From the NCBI GenBank assembly GCA_032128875.1, contig JAVLKG010000012.1:96001-160000 (forward strand): 64,000 nucleotides of DNA. Direction: 5' to 3'. Position 1 is the first letter of the stretch. Each line of letters begins with the position of its first letter. The notes beneath the pieces are model-generated. The model did no database searches. It was not told where the DNA came from and saw only the letters and a program-made list of their open reading frames with translations. The position numbers were made by a program, and so were the translations under genes. The stretch is from Candidatus Melainabacteria bacterium 17Bon1m. Lineage in GTDB: Bacteria > Cyanobacteriota > Vampirovibrionia > Obscuribacterales > Obscuribacteraceae. Positions 1-9,706 of the stretch are shown here, in pieces.

Positions 1-570
1 GCCTGCCTCGCCAAATCGGCCTTCTTTAAATATTGCGGTCAGTGCATCCACAGCTTCACTTTCGCTGCTGCAGACGAAGACACCCTTGCCTAGTGCTAAA
101 CCATCGGCTTTGATTACGCGGGCCCATTCATTTTCTTTGATGAATTTTTGCGCGGATTCGAAGTCGTGTAAAACTGCAAATCGCGCCGTCGGAATCTTAT
201 GCTCCAGCATGAATTGTTTTGAGTGTGCTTTGCTCCACTCGAGTTTTGCCGCTTCTTTTTTCGGTCCGAATACTGTCAGGCCCTTCGCTTCCATGAAATC
301 AACGATGCCGTCAGCAAGCGGATTATCTGGTCCAATTACGACAAAATCGATTTTGTTATTGAGCGCAAATTCACTCAAGCCAGCGAAGTCGCTTACCTGT
401 AGATCCACATTGGAAATCCGTGCGTCTTGCGCTGTGCCACCATTTCCTGGAGCGCAGTAAATTTTGCCGGCAAACTGGCTTTGAGCAATCTTCCAGCAAA
501 GTGCGTGCTCGCGGCCACCACCGCCAACGACCATCACGTTTATTTTGCTGTTGAGTTTGCCCTGTCCCAT
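1..570 (-). CDS. purD: Phosphoribosylamine--glycine ligase, N-terminal part (runs off window start)
   Basis: Not in ORF track. Manual translation from ATG at 570 gives MGQGKLNSKINVMVVGGGGREHALCWKIAQ...PGNGG...VVIGPDNPLADG...IKADGLALGKGV, the classic GARS motifs. It follows purF-purC. Confidence 0.95.
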   Translation of the reverse strand, partial: MGQGKLNSKINVMVVGGGGREHALCWKIAQSQFAGKIYCAPGNGGTAQDARISNVDLQVSDFAGLSEFALNNKIDFVVIGPDNPLADGIVDFMEAKGLTVFGPKKEAAKLEWSKAHSKQFMLEHKIPTARFAVLHDFESAQKFIKENEWARVIKADGLALGKGVFVCSSESEAVDALTAIFKEGRFGEAG

Positions 571-577
571 GCAGCTC

Positions 578-1882
578 TTACCTCGCACCTGTTGGAGCAG
601 CTGGCGATGTTTCACCCTTAAGTTTCTCCGGCAGATCGCTGACGAACTGATCGAGAGTAGGGTGGTTTTCGAACACAGGCTCACCAATCAAGTGGTTTGC
701 CAATGTTCCATACAGTTTATCTATTGATGCTTTCTCTTCTCCAGCCAAGCGCTCTGGTGAAGATTGCAGCTCCGAAAGCGCGATGCCCTTCCAGTCCGCG
801 GCGCCTCGTCCTTTCGCCATTAGTTGCGCTTTCTTTAAAGACTCTTCCCATGGGGTTCCGCGGTAGATTCTACGGAGCATTTCTTTGGAGAGATGCACAC
901 CCTTGTAGATAAGCCTTAATTCGTCAGGTCCAACACTGTCGGCAAGAAGCAGTATGCCACCAGTAGAGTTGCCTGTGCTTTCTGCGTCTTTGTGAGCGCC
1001 ATAATCAATTATCATTTCGAACTTGCCGTCCCACAGCTCAATTCCCTTTTCAGCAAAGAGAACATAAAGAGCCAGAGCGGCTTGGAATGACATTTCTGTC
1101 AGATATTCAAACTCGAAAGAATTTAGCCCCGATATGTGTGCTGCCTCTTGAGTGGAAAGCAATCTATCTTTTGGTTCGAGTTTTGTGAAAAATTCGATAA
1201 CCGGACGTTCCAACCATTCGCCTTCTTTTGGTTGTGTTTTCAATCCAAGTTGTCTGGCATAATCCGGATTTTTCTCGATTCTCTCTTTGAGCGAGCTACC
1301 TGCGGGCATGCCAAAGCGGAAGACAATTTCCAGCGGCACCAAGCGGCGACCGGTCATTTGTGCTTGTGCTTGCGCTTGGGTGTGAGGATAGAAATAGGTA
1401 GGCTGTCCGTCTATTTGATGCAATTCGGGACGTTCTACTCGAGCGGTCAAAACCTCCATCAAGGGCGTCGCGCCTAATATCGAATCGACCAATGAAATAT
1501 CTTTGGGATCGCTCTCGATCAAATCCTTGAAGTGATGCGGCAGCCCAAAACTTACGACACCGCAGACACCATCGAAAACAGGATGTTTGAATCGTGCATC
1601 TAAAAATGCTTTTTCAAAGCGTTCTAAATGTTTGTTGCCTTTTAGCCGTTGGAAAATATCGGGTGAGCCAAGTTGTTGGAAAAAGAACGCGCCCATTTTT
1701 GCCAGGGCGCGACCTTTGTTTTCGATTGTGTCAGGCATTTTGCCCCAATCGAAGACCGAGTAATCATCAGTGAAGTGGAAGAAAAGGCGATCGGGTTTTT
1801 CGTGCGTTTTAAAAACGCGTTTTACCGAACCTTCGTAAATTAGTTCCAATCCGCTTGGATTTTTTTGTTTTGTCACTGCCAC
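578..1882 (-). CDS. purC: SAICAR synthase, long form (434 aa)
   Basis: YEGSVK, FTDDYSVFDWGKMPD, FFTKLE, DGKFE and LADSVGPDELRL motifs; lies between purF and purD. Confidence 0.9.
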   Translation of the reverse strand: MAVTKQKNPSGLELIYEGSVKRVFKTHEKPDRLFFHFTDDYSVFDWGKMPDTIENKGRALAKMGAFFFQQLGSPDIFQRLKGNKHLERFEKAFLDARFKHPVFDGVCGVVSFGLPHHFKDLIESDPKDISLVDSILGATPLMEVLTARVERPELHQIDGQPTYFYPHTQAQAQAQMTGRRLVPLEIVFRFGMPAGSSLKERIEKNPDYARQLGLKTQPKEGEWLERPVIEFFTKLEPKDRLLSTQEAAHISGLNSFEFEYLTEMSFQAALALYVLFAEKGIELWDGKFEMIIDYGAHKDAESTGNSTGGILLLADSVGPDELRLIYKGVHLSKEMLRRIYRGTPWEESLKKAQLMAKGRGAADWKGIALSELQSSPERLAGEEKASIDKLYGTLANHLIGEPVFENHPTLDQFVSDLPEKLKGETSPAAPTGAR

Positions 1883-1892
1883 TCTTCTAACC

Positions 1893-3350
1893 TCAGCACG
1901 ACGAATGTTTTTTCACGCCTGACTCTCTATCGCGGGTGCGCATCGCTTCGAAATCGCGACCCGATGAAATGTCTGTCGGGTACTCTCCGGTCAGACATCC
2001 CAAGCATAAAGTCTCGCTTTCAAGCGCTTCTTTCAAACCACCAATGGTTTGGAAAATCACTCGGTCGACTCCGAGAATCTCAGCGATTTCATCGTTGGTA
2101 CGGTCGTGTGCGACCAACTCTTTTGCGCTCGGAAAATCGATGCCGTAATAGCATGGACTGACGAGCGGCGGACAAGTAGAAAGCAAAATCACTTCTTTGG
2201 CGCCGGCAAGGCGGATCAGTTTTACAATCTGCATCGAGGTGTTGCCCCGCACGATGCTGTCATCGACAATCAAGCAGCTCTTTCCCTCGAACTCTGGTCC
2301 GATTGGAAATAGTTTGCGCCGAATCGCTTCCTGACGGCTTTCTTGATCATCCAGAATAAAAGTACGATTGACATACCGATTTTTGATGAGCAATTCTCTA
2401 AAAGGAATTCCCATCGTCTCGGCAACAGCGATTGCGCTTACGCGGCTTGTTTCAGGAACCGGGACGACGACATCGGCACTAATGTTTTCTTTCTGCAGTT
2501 GGCGCGCTAAGACCTGTCCGAGTTTGAACCTTGCGTTGTACACAGAGGTCTCATCAATTTCTGACTCGACACGTGCAAAATAAACCCACTCGAACATACA
2601 CGGGGATATCGAGTCTTGTCTTATGACTTTGCGCTCGATGACTCCGCCTTTGGATATATAAACAAGCTCTCCAGTCTGTACGTCTTCGACATCGGTGAAG
2701 CCGAGGAAGTTAAGAGCGATCGATTCGCTGGCTAATGCATATACTGTGCTGCCATCCTCTTGCACGCGTCGTCCAAGACACAGCGGGCGGATGCCGTCCG
2801 GATCGCGAAAACCAAAAATATCTCCCTCGCCGGTCAGGCATATAACTGAATAGCTGCCAACGAGTTTGGACATTAGCCGTTTTACGGCGCCTTGCGCATT
2901 ATTGAAATCAATGGGGCCCGGCTCCAGCTCATCGCAAAGCAATTTGAGCATTAGCTCCGAATCTGATTCCACCCAAAGCGGCTTGCGCGTCTTGGAGTGA
3001 TAAAGCTCTTCGCGGAGCTTATAAAAGTTGACGATGTTGCCGTTATGACCGAGCCCAAGCCCTCTGTCGTAATCGAGAAAGGGTTGCAACATATTAGGAT
3101 CGTTGCGTCCTACGGTGGCGTAGCGCGAGTGCCCAAGCGCCGCATGACCGGTCAGGGTTTTGAAAGAACGCTCGGAAAAGACGTTTTCGACAAGGCCGCT
3201 TCCCTTTGTCAGGTGAAAGTTGCCTTTCTTCTTTGTGTCGATAGTAAGGATACCCGCTCCGTCCTGGCCTCGATGCTGCAGGTTCATCAAGCCAAAAAAG
3301 ACATCATAGGCTGATCCAGGAGTGCCCGTGATAGCAATCAGCCCACACAT
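1893..3350 (-). CDS. purF: Amidophosphoribosyltransferase
   Basis: N-terminal MCG nucleophile, LQHRGQD, GHSRYAT, CMFEWVYFAR, PRPP motif VDDSIVRGNT, CYYGID, CLGCLTGEYP. Confidence 0.97.
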   Translation of the reverse strand: MCGLIAITGTPGSAYDVFFGLMNLQHRGQDGAGILTIDTKKKGNFHLTKGSGLVENVFSERSFKTLTGHAALGHSRYATVGRNDPNMLQPFLDYDRGLGLGHNGNIVNFYKLREELYHSKTRKPLWVESDSELMLKLLCDELEPGPIDFNNAQGAVKRLMSKLVGSYSVICLTGEGDIFGFRDPDGIRPLCLGRRVQEDGSTVYALASESIALNFLGFTDVEDVQTGELVYISKGGVIERKVIRQDSISPCMFEWVYFARVESEIDETSVYNARFKLGQVLARQLQKENISADVVVPVPETSRVSAIAVAETMGIPFRELLIKNRYVNRTFILDDQESRQEAIRRKLFPIGPEFEGKSCLIVDDSIVRGNTSMQIVKLIRLAGAKEVILLSTCPPLVSPCYYGIDFPSAKELVAHDRTNDEIAEILGVDRVIFQTIGGLKEALESETLCLGCLTGEYPTDISSGRDFEAMRTRDRESGVKKHSSC

Positions 3351-3668
3351 ATGATTCGTCCGCCGTAAAAGGAGCGTCTAGGCCCCTAATGGTACGCTCT
3401 TGGACTGCTCGATCCAACGTCTCGGAGCTTTTTTCTTACAGTTCTTGTCATAGAAATTGGATTAAGGCCGCGGATTTCAATCAAAAGGACTGTCACCTGT
3501 CTTTGGGATATGTCGATCTCTTGGCAGCCGCCAGGACGAGTGTCGCACCCCAAAATAAGTGGCGCGCTGGTAATCTTGGTACCGTATACAGTGGCAAAGG
3601 TGCTGCAAAGCGATCAGGTTCTATTCTTCGCGTGCCAATATTCTGCGCGTTGAGAGAACCGTCACGCA

Positions 3669-4259
3669 CTATTCGTTCATGAAGAACTCATTTGTATTCG
3701 GGTTTCTACCCAGGTTTTCCCAATTTGAAGAGCTGGTCATTGTGACAGTGAAAGGGGCGTTCAAGCCTGGAATTTTCTTCTCGCCTATATTCACTAGCAA
3801 CATCGGTGAAACTTCCACAGTTGCGAAAAGTTCCAGCTCATATTGAAACGGTCCATTCGGCGAATCCGGGAGCCACTCCGACGGAATATGCTTGGGTTCT
3901 GACACGACTAGTTTTTTGTCTGGAGTAGCGGTTTTTGTTATCACCAATGCGAGTCGTAATTGCTTTGCATTGACTCCGCCGATTTTCTTGAGCAAATCTT
4001 GCAGGTTGACGTCTGACTCCAATTGTTCGAATGCGCGACTGAGGGTTTCGGCGCGGGCGAAATTGACTGAGTAGCTTGTGATTATGTGGTTGGCGAGCCC
4101 CCACCTTACAGGAATAACGCTCAGGTCCAAGAGCGGAATCACAAAAAATATCACGAGAACTGTAAGCGCGGCAGCGAACTCCGCTGCTTGTGCACCGGTG
4201 CTCTTTCGCCCGTTTGCAGATGCTGGTTTTGTTGATATCCTGGAGTTCTTGTGAGGCAC
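3669..4259 (-). CDS. TadE/TadG-like pseudopilin-type hypothetical protein
   Basis: Basic N-terminus, then a class III prepilin-like motif G|AQAAEF followed by a hydrophobic helix. Confidence 0.55.
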   Translation of the reverse strand: MPHKNSRISTKPASANGRKSTGAQAAEFAAALTVLVIFFVIPLLDLSVIPVRWGLANHIITSYSVNFARAETLSRAFEQLESDVNLQDLLKKIGGVNAKQLRLALVITKTATPDKKLVVSEPKHIPSEWLPDSPNGPFQYELELFATVEVSPMLLVNIGEKKIPGLNAPFTVTMTSSSNWENLGRNPNTNEFFMNE

Positions 4260-4533
4260 GATGGAGTGTTTAAAACCCGTTCTATTATTGGCACCGCTTT
4301 ACCCAGAATATCACGCGTATTCAATCAGTTAAATGCCAAGCCATCCTGGCAGTTAGAATAGTATCTACAATCCCGGAAATTTCTTCGTCTATGTCATTCA
4401 TTGTAATTGCAACGTGGAGCATGAATAACCTCTCCGGCGAGCAGCTGTCTGCCACTGCTGATGGTATCACTCGGAATGCCTCGGTCGCAGGTTTTATGTT
4501 CTAACTTTGTTTGTGCAATTTAAGGAACTTTCT

Positions 4534-5049
4534 ATGTCGGACCCGAACACAAATTTAGCAGACGTTAGAAGGCGCGCCGAATCCGGCGATGCTGTCGCGC
4601 AATGCACGCTTGCGTTTTACTATATAGAAGGTAGGGGCGTCGACAAAAATCCTGCTGAAGCTGCTGCCTGGTACCAACGCGCGGCCGAACAGCAAAATGC
4701 TGCCGCGCAATACAATCTGGCCGACTTGTACTTGAGAGGAAGTGGCGTCAAGCGTGATGTGGAGCGAGCAATTGAACTGTTTTCCAAAGCTGCGGAAAAC
4801 GGTGATCATGATGCAGCCTTTTGCGTCGGTTTGATTTACGACCGTGCCGATGGCGTTGAGCAGAATTTAGAACGCGCCTTTCACTGGTACAAGCTGGCGG
4901 CGGAGAATGGCTCTGCACGCGCTCAATACGATCTTGCGGTTATGTATCGAGAAGGCAGAGGCGTCGAGCCTAACGTTGAACTGGCACGGCACTGGTTTTC
5001 TCAAGCAGCACAAAACGGCGTTGCGCGCGCGCAGTTAGAACTGGAATAA
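4534..5049 (+). CDS. Sel1-repeat protein
   Basis: Four AQYxLxxxYxxGxGV...AxxWYxxAAxxG-type repeats; TAAGGA SD before ATG 4534. Confidence 0.9.
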   Translation: MSDPNTNLADVRRRAESGDAVAQCTLAFYYIEGRGVDKNPAEAAAWYQRAAEQQNAAAQYNLADLYLRGSGVKRDVERAIELFSKAAENGDHDAAFCVGLIYDRADGVEQNLERAFHWYKLAAENGSARAQYDLAVMYREGRGVEPNVELARHWFSQAAQNGVARAQLELE

Positions 5050-5057
5050 GCGAAAGA

Positions 5058-5166
5058 GTAGTGGAGCGCATGTGCAAGTTTTTCGTAGGGGAGGCACATG
5101 TGCAAGTTTTTCGTAGGGGAGGCACATGTGCCTCCCTGTACAGCGAGCCGCATGCGGCTCCCCTCC
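5058..5166. repeat. REP cluster: tandem 28-bp units plus two REP palindromes in inverted arrangement
   Basis: CATGTGCAAGTTTTTCGTAGGGGAGGCA x2 (5069-5124); GTAG + palindrome GGGAGGCACATGTGCCTCCC (5113-5136); palindrome GAGCCGCATGCGGCTC (5145-5160), identical to the core of the REPs flanking the RAYT at 48.4 kb. Confidence 0.85.
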
Positions 5167-5178
5167 AAGTTATTGAAA

Positions 5179-6696
5179 CTATCGGTTTGCCGGAACGCCT
5201 GAAGCGCCCGGAGCTTTCGGCTGTGCAAAGTCTGCTGCCGCATGTCCGGTTGGTTTTGAACCTTCCGCTTGAGCTGCTTTTTTCGTGTCAATCACCGGCT
5301 TGCCGAGTTTTGCCAAAATCTGCTTTCTTACTTCTTCATCTTTGAAGGGCTGGATTGGCTGACCTTTTGCTTTGCGAACTTCGTTTTGAGCTTCTGCGAT
5401 AGCCGCCAGCAGCTGGATGTCGTAACCGTCTGCCGGCTCTCTATTGAAGCGCTTGAAAGTCGGGTCGATCCACCATGGACCAAGACCTTTCTTGTACTCA
5501 TCATCGGAGAGTTTTACTTCGATGTTGGGCAAAATACCTTTCTTGTGAATGTAGTTGCCGCCTGCCGTTAAGTATTTGGCGATACTGTAATTCATGCCCG
5601 AGCCATCGTCGAGCTTTTGAATCGCCTGCACAAGACCTTTTCCGAACGACTTTGTACCAACCAAAACAGAGCGATCGTTTTCTTTCAATGCCCCGGCGAG
5701 AATTTCGGATGCCGAAGCCGACGAGCCGTTGATCAAGGTGACGATTGGTTTTTCGAAAGTCGGTTGACCTCTGGAAATAGTGCTTGCTTTGCTCTCGTTT
5801 CCGTCGACCGTGCTTACGATAACTCCACCTTTTAGAAACAGATTTGCGATTTGAACTGCGTTGTCCAACAGACCGCCCGGGTTGTTGCGCAGGTCTAGAA
5901 CAAGCGAGTCCGCGCCTTCTACTTTGGTGAGCGCGTCTTTCAATTCTTCGGTCGCCTTCGCTGAGATGAAGCTGTCCAGTCTGATATAACCGACATTGCC
6001 TGGCATTATCACTGTTTTGGTGACGGCTTTCACCGGAATCTCTGCGCGAGTCAGAGGTATGGGAAGGCGCTTGCCGTCGCGCAACATGGTCAAAGTGACT
6101 TTGGTGTTGATTGGCCCGCGAATCTTTTTGACGACAGAATCGAGGGGCTGACCAGCAACCAGCTCTCCATCGACTTCAAGGATTTCATCTCCGGGCAAAA
6201 CACCTGCGGTTGATGCAGGGCTGCCGGCGATTGGGGCTATGACGACAATCTTTTTCAGCTCGCTCATACCTAACTGAATGCCAACGCCGAAGAGGTGCGC
6301 TTTGATTGAGTTGGTTTCGTCAGCAAATGCTTCCGGGTTCAAAAATCTTGTGTAAGGGTCGCCCAAGCTGGCGAGCATTGATTCGATCGCCTTGTAGGCG
6401 TCGTCTTTTGTTTTGATCTTGGTGTCGTAGTGGTGCTCCCAGCGCGACCAATCTTGCCCACCGTAGCTTTTGTCGAAGTATTGTTGATTGATGATATTCC
6501 AGCAGCGATGGTAAAGGTAAATTGGTGATACCGCTGATGATGGCAGGGCTTGCGCAATGAGTTGATGATGCATTTCATTGCGAAGAGCAATGGTGTTGGT
6601 TGCGTTGCCTTTCGCACCAACGTCTTGTACTACAACAGGCAATAGCAGGCTCACTGCCGTAGCTGCGCCGAAGAGCGTCCTAAAAATAGATTTCAT
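5179..6696 (-). CDS. ctpA: Carboxyl-terminal processing protease (S41A, PDZ-containing)
   Basis: Signal peptide, LGDPYTRF, PDZ GVGIQL, DLRNNPGG, SASASEILAGAL, GTKSFGKG. Start set at ATG 6696 (AAGGTGG SD). Confidence 0.92.
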   Translation of the reverse strand: MKSIFRTLFGAATAVSLLLPVVVQDVGAKGNATNTIALRNEMHHQLIAQALPSSAVSPIYLYHRCWNIINQQYFDKSYGGQDWSRWEHHYDTKIKTKDDAYKAIESMLASLGDPYTRFLNPEAFADETNSIKAHLFGVGIQLGMSELKKIVVIAPIAGSPASTAGVLPGDEILEVDGELVAGQPLDSVVKKIRGPINTKVTLTMLRDGKRLPIPLTRAEIPVKAVTKTVIMPGNVGYIRLDSFISAKATEELKDALTKVEGADSLVLDLRNNPGGLLDNAVQIANLFLKGGVIVSTVDGNESKASTISRGQPTFEKPIVTLINGSSASASEILAGALKENDRSVLVGTKSFGKGLVQAIQKLDDGSGMNYSIAKYLTAGGNYIHKKGILPNIEVKLSDDEYKKGLGPWWIDPTFKRFNREPADGYDIQLLAAIAEAQNEVRKAKGQPIQPFKDEEVRKQILAKLGKPVIDTKKAAQAEGSKPTGHAAADFAQPKAPGASGVPANR

Positions 6697-6959
6697 CCGT
6701 TGAGCCACCTTAATCTCCACCAACTACAAAGGTCAGGAGTTGAAGCCTCCAGCCTGATGCCTCTTAACATCTTGATGCCGCAGCCTGTTAAGTATATAGA
6801 ACTGTGTTGGAAGTATAGAACGACCAAGGCTTTCTTGTACGTTTAGCAAGCGTCTGAGCACAGAGAATTTACGCTACGGCATGTTAGGAAACAGAATCAC
6901 CAAATAGCCTAGTCGACGGCCATTATCTAAAAGTTCCTACTTTGGCAGGAATATTTAGC

Positions 6960-8042
6960 TTATTTACTTGGCGCTTTTTCCAACACTTCTTCCGCGTCCG
7001 CGCTTGGCTGTTTTAATGTGTCAGCCGCTTTGCTAGTGGGTTTTGTCGAGTCGGCATGCTCGTCTGCTGCCGCCTTTGTCGCGGCGCTTTCGGATGCGTC
7101 GGAAGTGGGCTTCATCCTGTCGCCCAAGGTCTTTTGAAAGAAATCAATGACCGTCATCATCGTCGGAACGCTGATGAAAATGTGTTGGTCGGTCTTAACA
7201 CTTTCCAGTGTCACGGGCGCCCCAGTTTTTTTCCAGGCGTCGTAAAGTTCTTTGCTTTGAGCGAAAGGAACCACCGGGTCCTTCTCTGCGTGCATGATCA
7301 AGCAAGGCACTTTGAGCCCGGGTTTCAGGTAAGTGACAGGGCTGGCTGCTTTCGCCAATTCCGGCTTTTGCTCGGCCGTTCCGCCCAAGAACATCGTTAT
7401 TGGTGCTTTGTCCGAATCGTAGTCGAGCTGGTCATTCGGACCGGCTTGCGAGTGCATTGTAATGAGATTGCTTGGCCCACACCATGTCACAACTGCCTGT
7501 ACATCACTTCTCTCGCCTGTGACGCCAACGTTGCCTTCTAGCTCCTTCACGCCGTTGGTGGCGCCAAGCAAGGAAGCGAGGTGTCCTCCGGCGGATATGC
7601 CGAAGACACCGATGCGGTCTTTGTCAAACCCGTACTCGTCGGCATGCTTGCGCAGCCAGCGAATAGCGGCCTTGCAGTCATAAATCTGTGCGGGAAACTT
7701 GTGCTCGGGTGCAAATCTGTAGTTGATACCTGCAACGGCAAAACCCCTGACGAGGAGCGGCATCATTGGGCTTGGTTGCTTGTCGCCTTCTTTCCAGGCG
7801 CCTCCGTGAATCCAGACGAGCAAAGGTACCTTGGCGTGCTCGCCGGGTGGAAAATAGAGGTCGAGCATGTGCGACGCACTGGTGTCTTTGTCGACATAGC
7901 TGACGTTTTCTATGACCCTGGGTTGCGCTTCTTTGTTTTCGTCTTTCTTCTCTGCTTCGGCAGGGGTGCTACCACAGGCGGTGAGATTGAAGAGCATGGC
8001 AATGCTCAGGAAAGTCATCGAAAAGGCAGTGTACAAGCGCAT
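6960..8042 (-). CDS. Alpha/beta hydrolase (esterase/lipase), predicted lipoprotein
   Basis: Lipobox LTAC, HGGAW oxyanion motif, nucleophile motif GISAGGHL, DPVVP. Confidence 0.88.
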   Translation of the reverse strand: MRLYTAFSMTFLSIAMLFNLTACGSTPAEAEKKDENKEAQPRVIENVSYVDKDTSASHMLDLYFPPGEHAKVPLLVWIHGGAWKEGDKQPSPMMPLLVRGFAVAGINYRFAPEHKFPAQIYDCKAAIRWLRKHADEYGFDKDRIGVFGISAGGHLASLLGATNGVKELEGNVGVTGERSDVQAVVTWCGPSNLITMHSQAGPNDQLDYDSDKAPITMFLGGTAEQKPELAKAASPVTYLKPGLKVPCLIMHAEKDPVVPFAQSKELYDAWKKTGAPVTLESVKTDQHIFISVPTMMTVIDFFQKTLGDRMKPTSDASESAATKAAADEHADSTKPTSKAADTLKQPSADAEEVLEKAPSK

Positions 8043-8081
8043 TTTAAATTCTCGAGAAAGCCGGACCCAAACCTGAATAGT

Positions 8082-8744
8082 CTACCACTGGAAGGCTTGC
8101 GCCAATTCTTCATCGGTGAGTTTGCGCCATTCCCCGGGCTTTAAGCCGAGGCTTTGCAGCTGCAGAGCGCCAATGGCAACCCGGACCAGCCTCAAAGTCG
8201 GATGCCCGACTGCAGCCGTCATTCGGCGCACCTGGCGGTTTTTACCCTCAGTAATTGTGACCTGAAGCCAGGCGGTCGGAATATTCTTGCGAAAACGAAT
8301 CGGCTTGCCGCGCTCGGGCAACTGGGGCTCCTCGTTGACAAGCGAGACTTTCGCCGGCAAGGTCCAGTGTCCTTTGATATCGACGCCCGATTCGAGCTTC
8401 TCTATAGATGACGGCGCAGGGATATTCTCGACTTGCGCAAGATAAGTCCTGCTGTGTTCATTTTTCGGATCGAGCAAGCGCGAGTTCATGCGGGTGTCGT
8501 CGCTCAATAGCAGCAAGCCCTCACTGTCCGCGTCCAGGCGACCAACTGGGTAAACGCCTGGCGGGAAGCCATATTCGGCAAGCGTCCCTTTGTCCGAACC
8601 AGGCTCTGGGGTGAACTGGCAAAGAACGTCGAAAGGCTTGAAAAAAGCCAGGTAAGACTTGCCTAGTTGCGGATGGAACTTGATGCGAACTCGACCGAGA
8701 GGATGCGGTTCGCTCTCGTTGTGAGGTTTTTCAAAACGCGTCAC
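8082..8744 (-). CDS. rluE: rRNA pseudouridine synthase, RluE-like (RsuA family)
   Basis: FKPFDVLCQF, VGRLDADSEGLLLL, EGKNRQVRRMTAAVGHPTLRLVR. GTG at 8744 overlaps the upstream TGA (ORF track start 8753). Confidence 0.9.
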   Translation of the reverse strand: MTRFEKPHNESEPHPLGRVRIKFHPQLGKSYLAFFKPFDVLCQFTPEPGSDKGTLAEYGFPPGVYPVGRLDADSEGLLLLSDDTRMNSRLLDPKNEHSRTYLAQVENIPAPSSIEKLESGVDIKGHWTLPAKVSLVNEEPQLPERGKPIRFRKNIPTAWLQVTITEGKNRQVRRMTAAVGHPTLRLVRVAIGALQLQSLGLKPGEWRKLTDEELAQAFQW

Positions 8745-9604
8745 ACGTACCACTCTAGTTCTTTGACCAGCTCAGCCATTGACTGCTGCCGATCCTGAGC
8801 ATGTTTTTTCAAGCTCTTCTGAATCAGTTTTCTCAAGCCTTGCGAAATAATCGCATCCGGAGCGGCTTTGTCAAAGTCTAGCGGATCGGACGTGATGTGC
8901 TTTTGCATCGTGTCTATCTCGTTGGTACCGCAGATTGGCAGCGCTCCAGTCAGAGTATGGAACATCAAGCAGCCCATCGAATAAACATCCGAGCGACCGT
9001 CCAGCTTGCCGCCCATGATCTGCTCAGGGCTCATGTAGGCTGGAGTTCCCAGTACCTGCCCTTCCATTGTCAGCTTCTTGGCGCCTGTGCGAGCCTCGTC
9101 GAGGCGCTTGGCCAGTCCGAAGTCGATGAGTTTGACTTGTTCGGCACCGTTGTCGTTCATCGTCAAAACAACGTTATCCGGCTTCAAGTCCCGGTGCAGA
9201 ATGTCTCGAGCATGCGCATGTGATAGCGCATCGGCAATTTGAATAAACATCGGCACAGCGCGTGAAGCGTCCAGCCTTCCTTCGTTTGCAATCAGGTGGC
9301 GAAGGTTGGTGCCGCGAATGTAGTCCATAACGAGAAAGGGGAAGCCCTGCTCGGACAAGCCGAAATCGAAAATCACTACAATGTTAGGGTGGTTCAAGGC
9401 GCTGAGCGCCTGGGCTTCTCTTTGAAAGCGTAAAAATGTGTCCGAGTTGGCGCCGCATGTGTCATACAGCACTTTGACCGCTACCGGACGATCTACCATG
9501 CGCTGCTTGGCGAGATAAACCATGCCCAGCGCGCCGCGGCCAATCTCTTGAATGACCTCGTAACGTCCTGCCAGGACCGATCCCATAAGACTCAGCTGAG
9601 ACAC
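8741..9604 (-). CDS. Hanks-type Ser/Thr protein kinase (kinase domain only)
   Basis: IGRGALG, VAVK, HRDLKPDN, DFGLA, GTPAYMSPE, DVYSMG. Confidence 0.95.
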   Translation of the reverse strand: MSQLSLMGSVLAGRYEVIQEIGRGALGMVYLAKQRMVDRPVAVKVLYDTCGANSDTFLRFQREAQALSALNHPNIVVIFDFGLSEQGFPFLVMDYIRGTNLRHLIANEGRLDASRAVPMFIQIADALSHAHARDILHRDLKPDNVVLTMNDNGAEQVKLIDFGLAKRLDEARTGAKKLTMEGQVLGTPAYMSPEQIMGGKLDGRSDVYSMGCLMFHTLTGALPICGTNEIDTMQKHITSDPLDFDKAAPDAIISQGLRKLIQKSLKKHAQDRQQSMAELVKELEWYV

Positions 9605-9706
9605 GCGACTATCCTCACTCAGGTGTTCGCCGACGCTCTAAATTCCGAACATTAAGACTATCATGACCTCTCTGGAGATCACAGCTACTAGGCGCCATGT
9701 AAAGCC

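Noticed and set aside
3351..3668. Purine, ZTP or PRPP riboswitch upstream of purF
   Set aside because: I found no convincing consensus elements by eye; an Rfam scan would be decisive.
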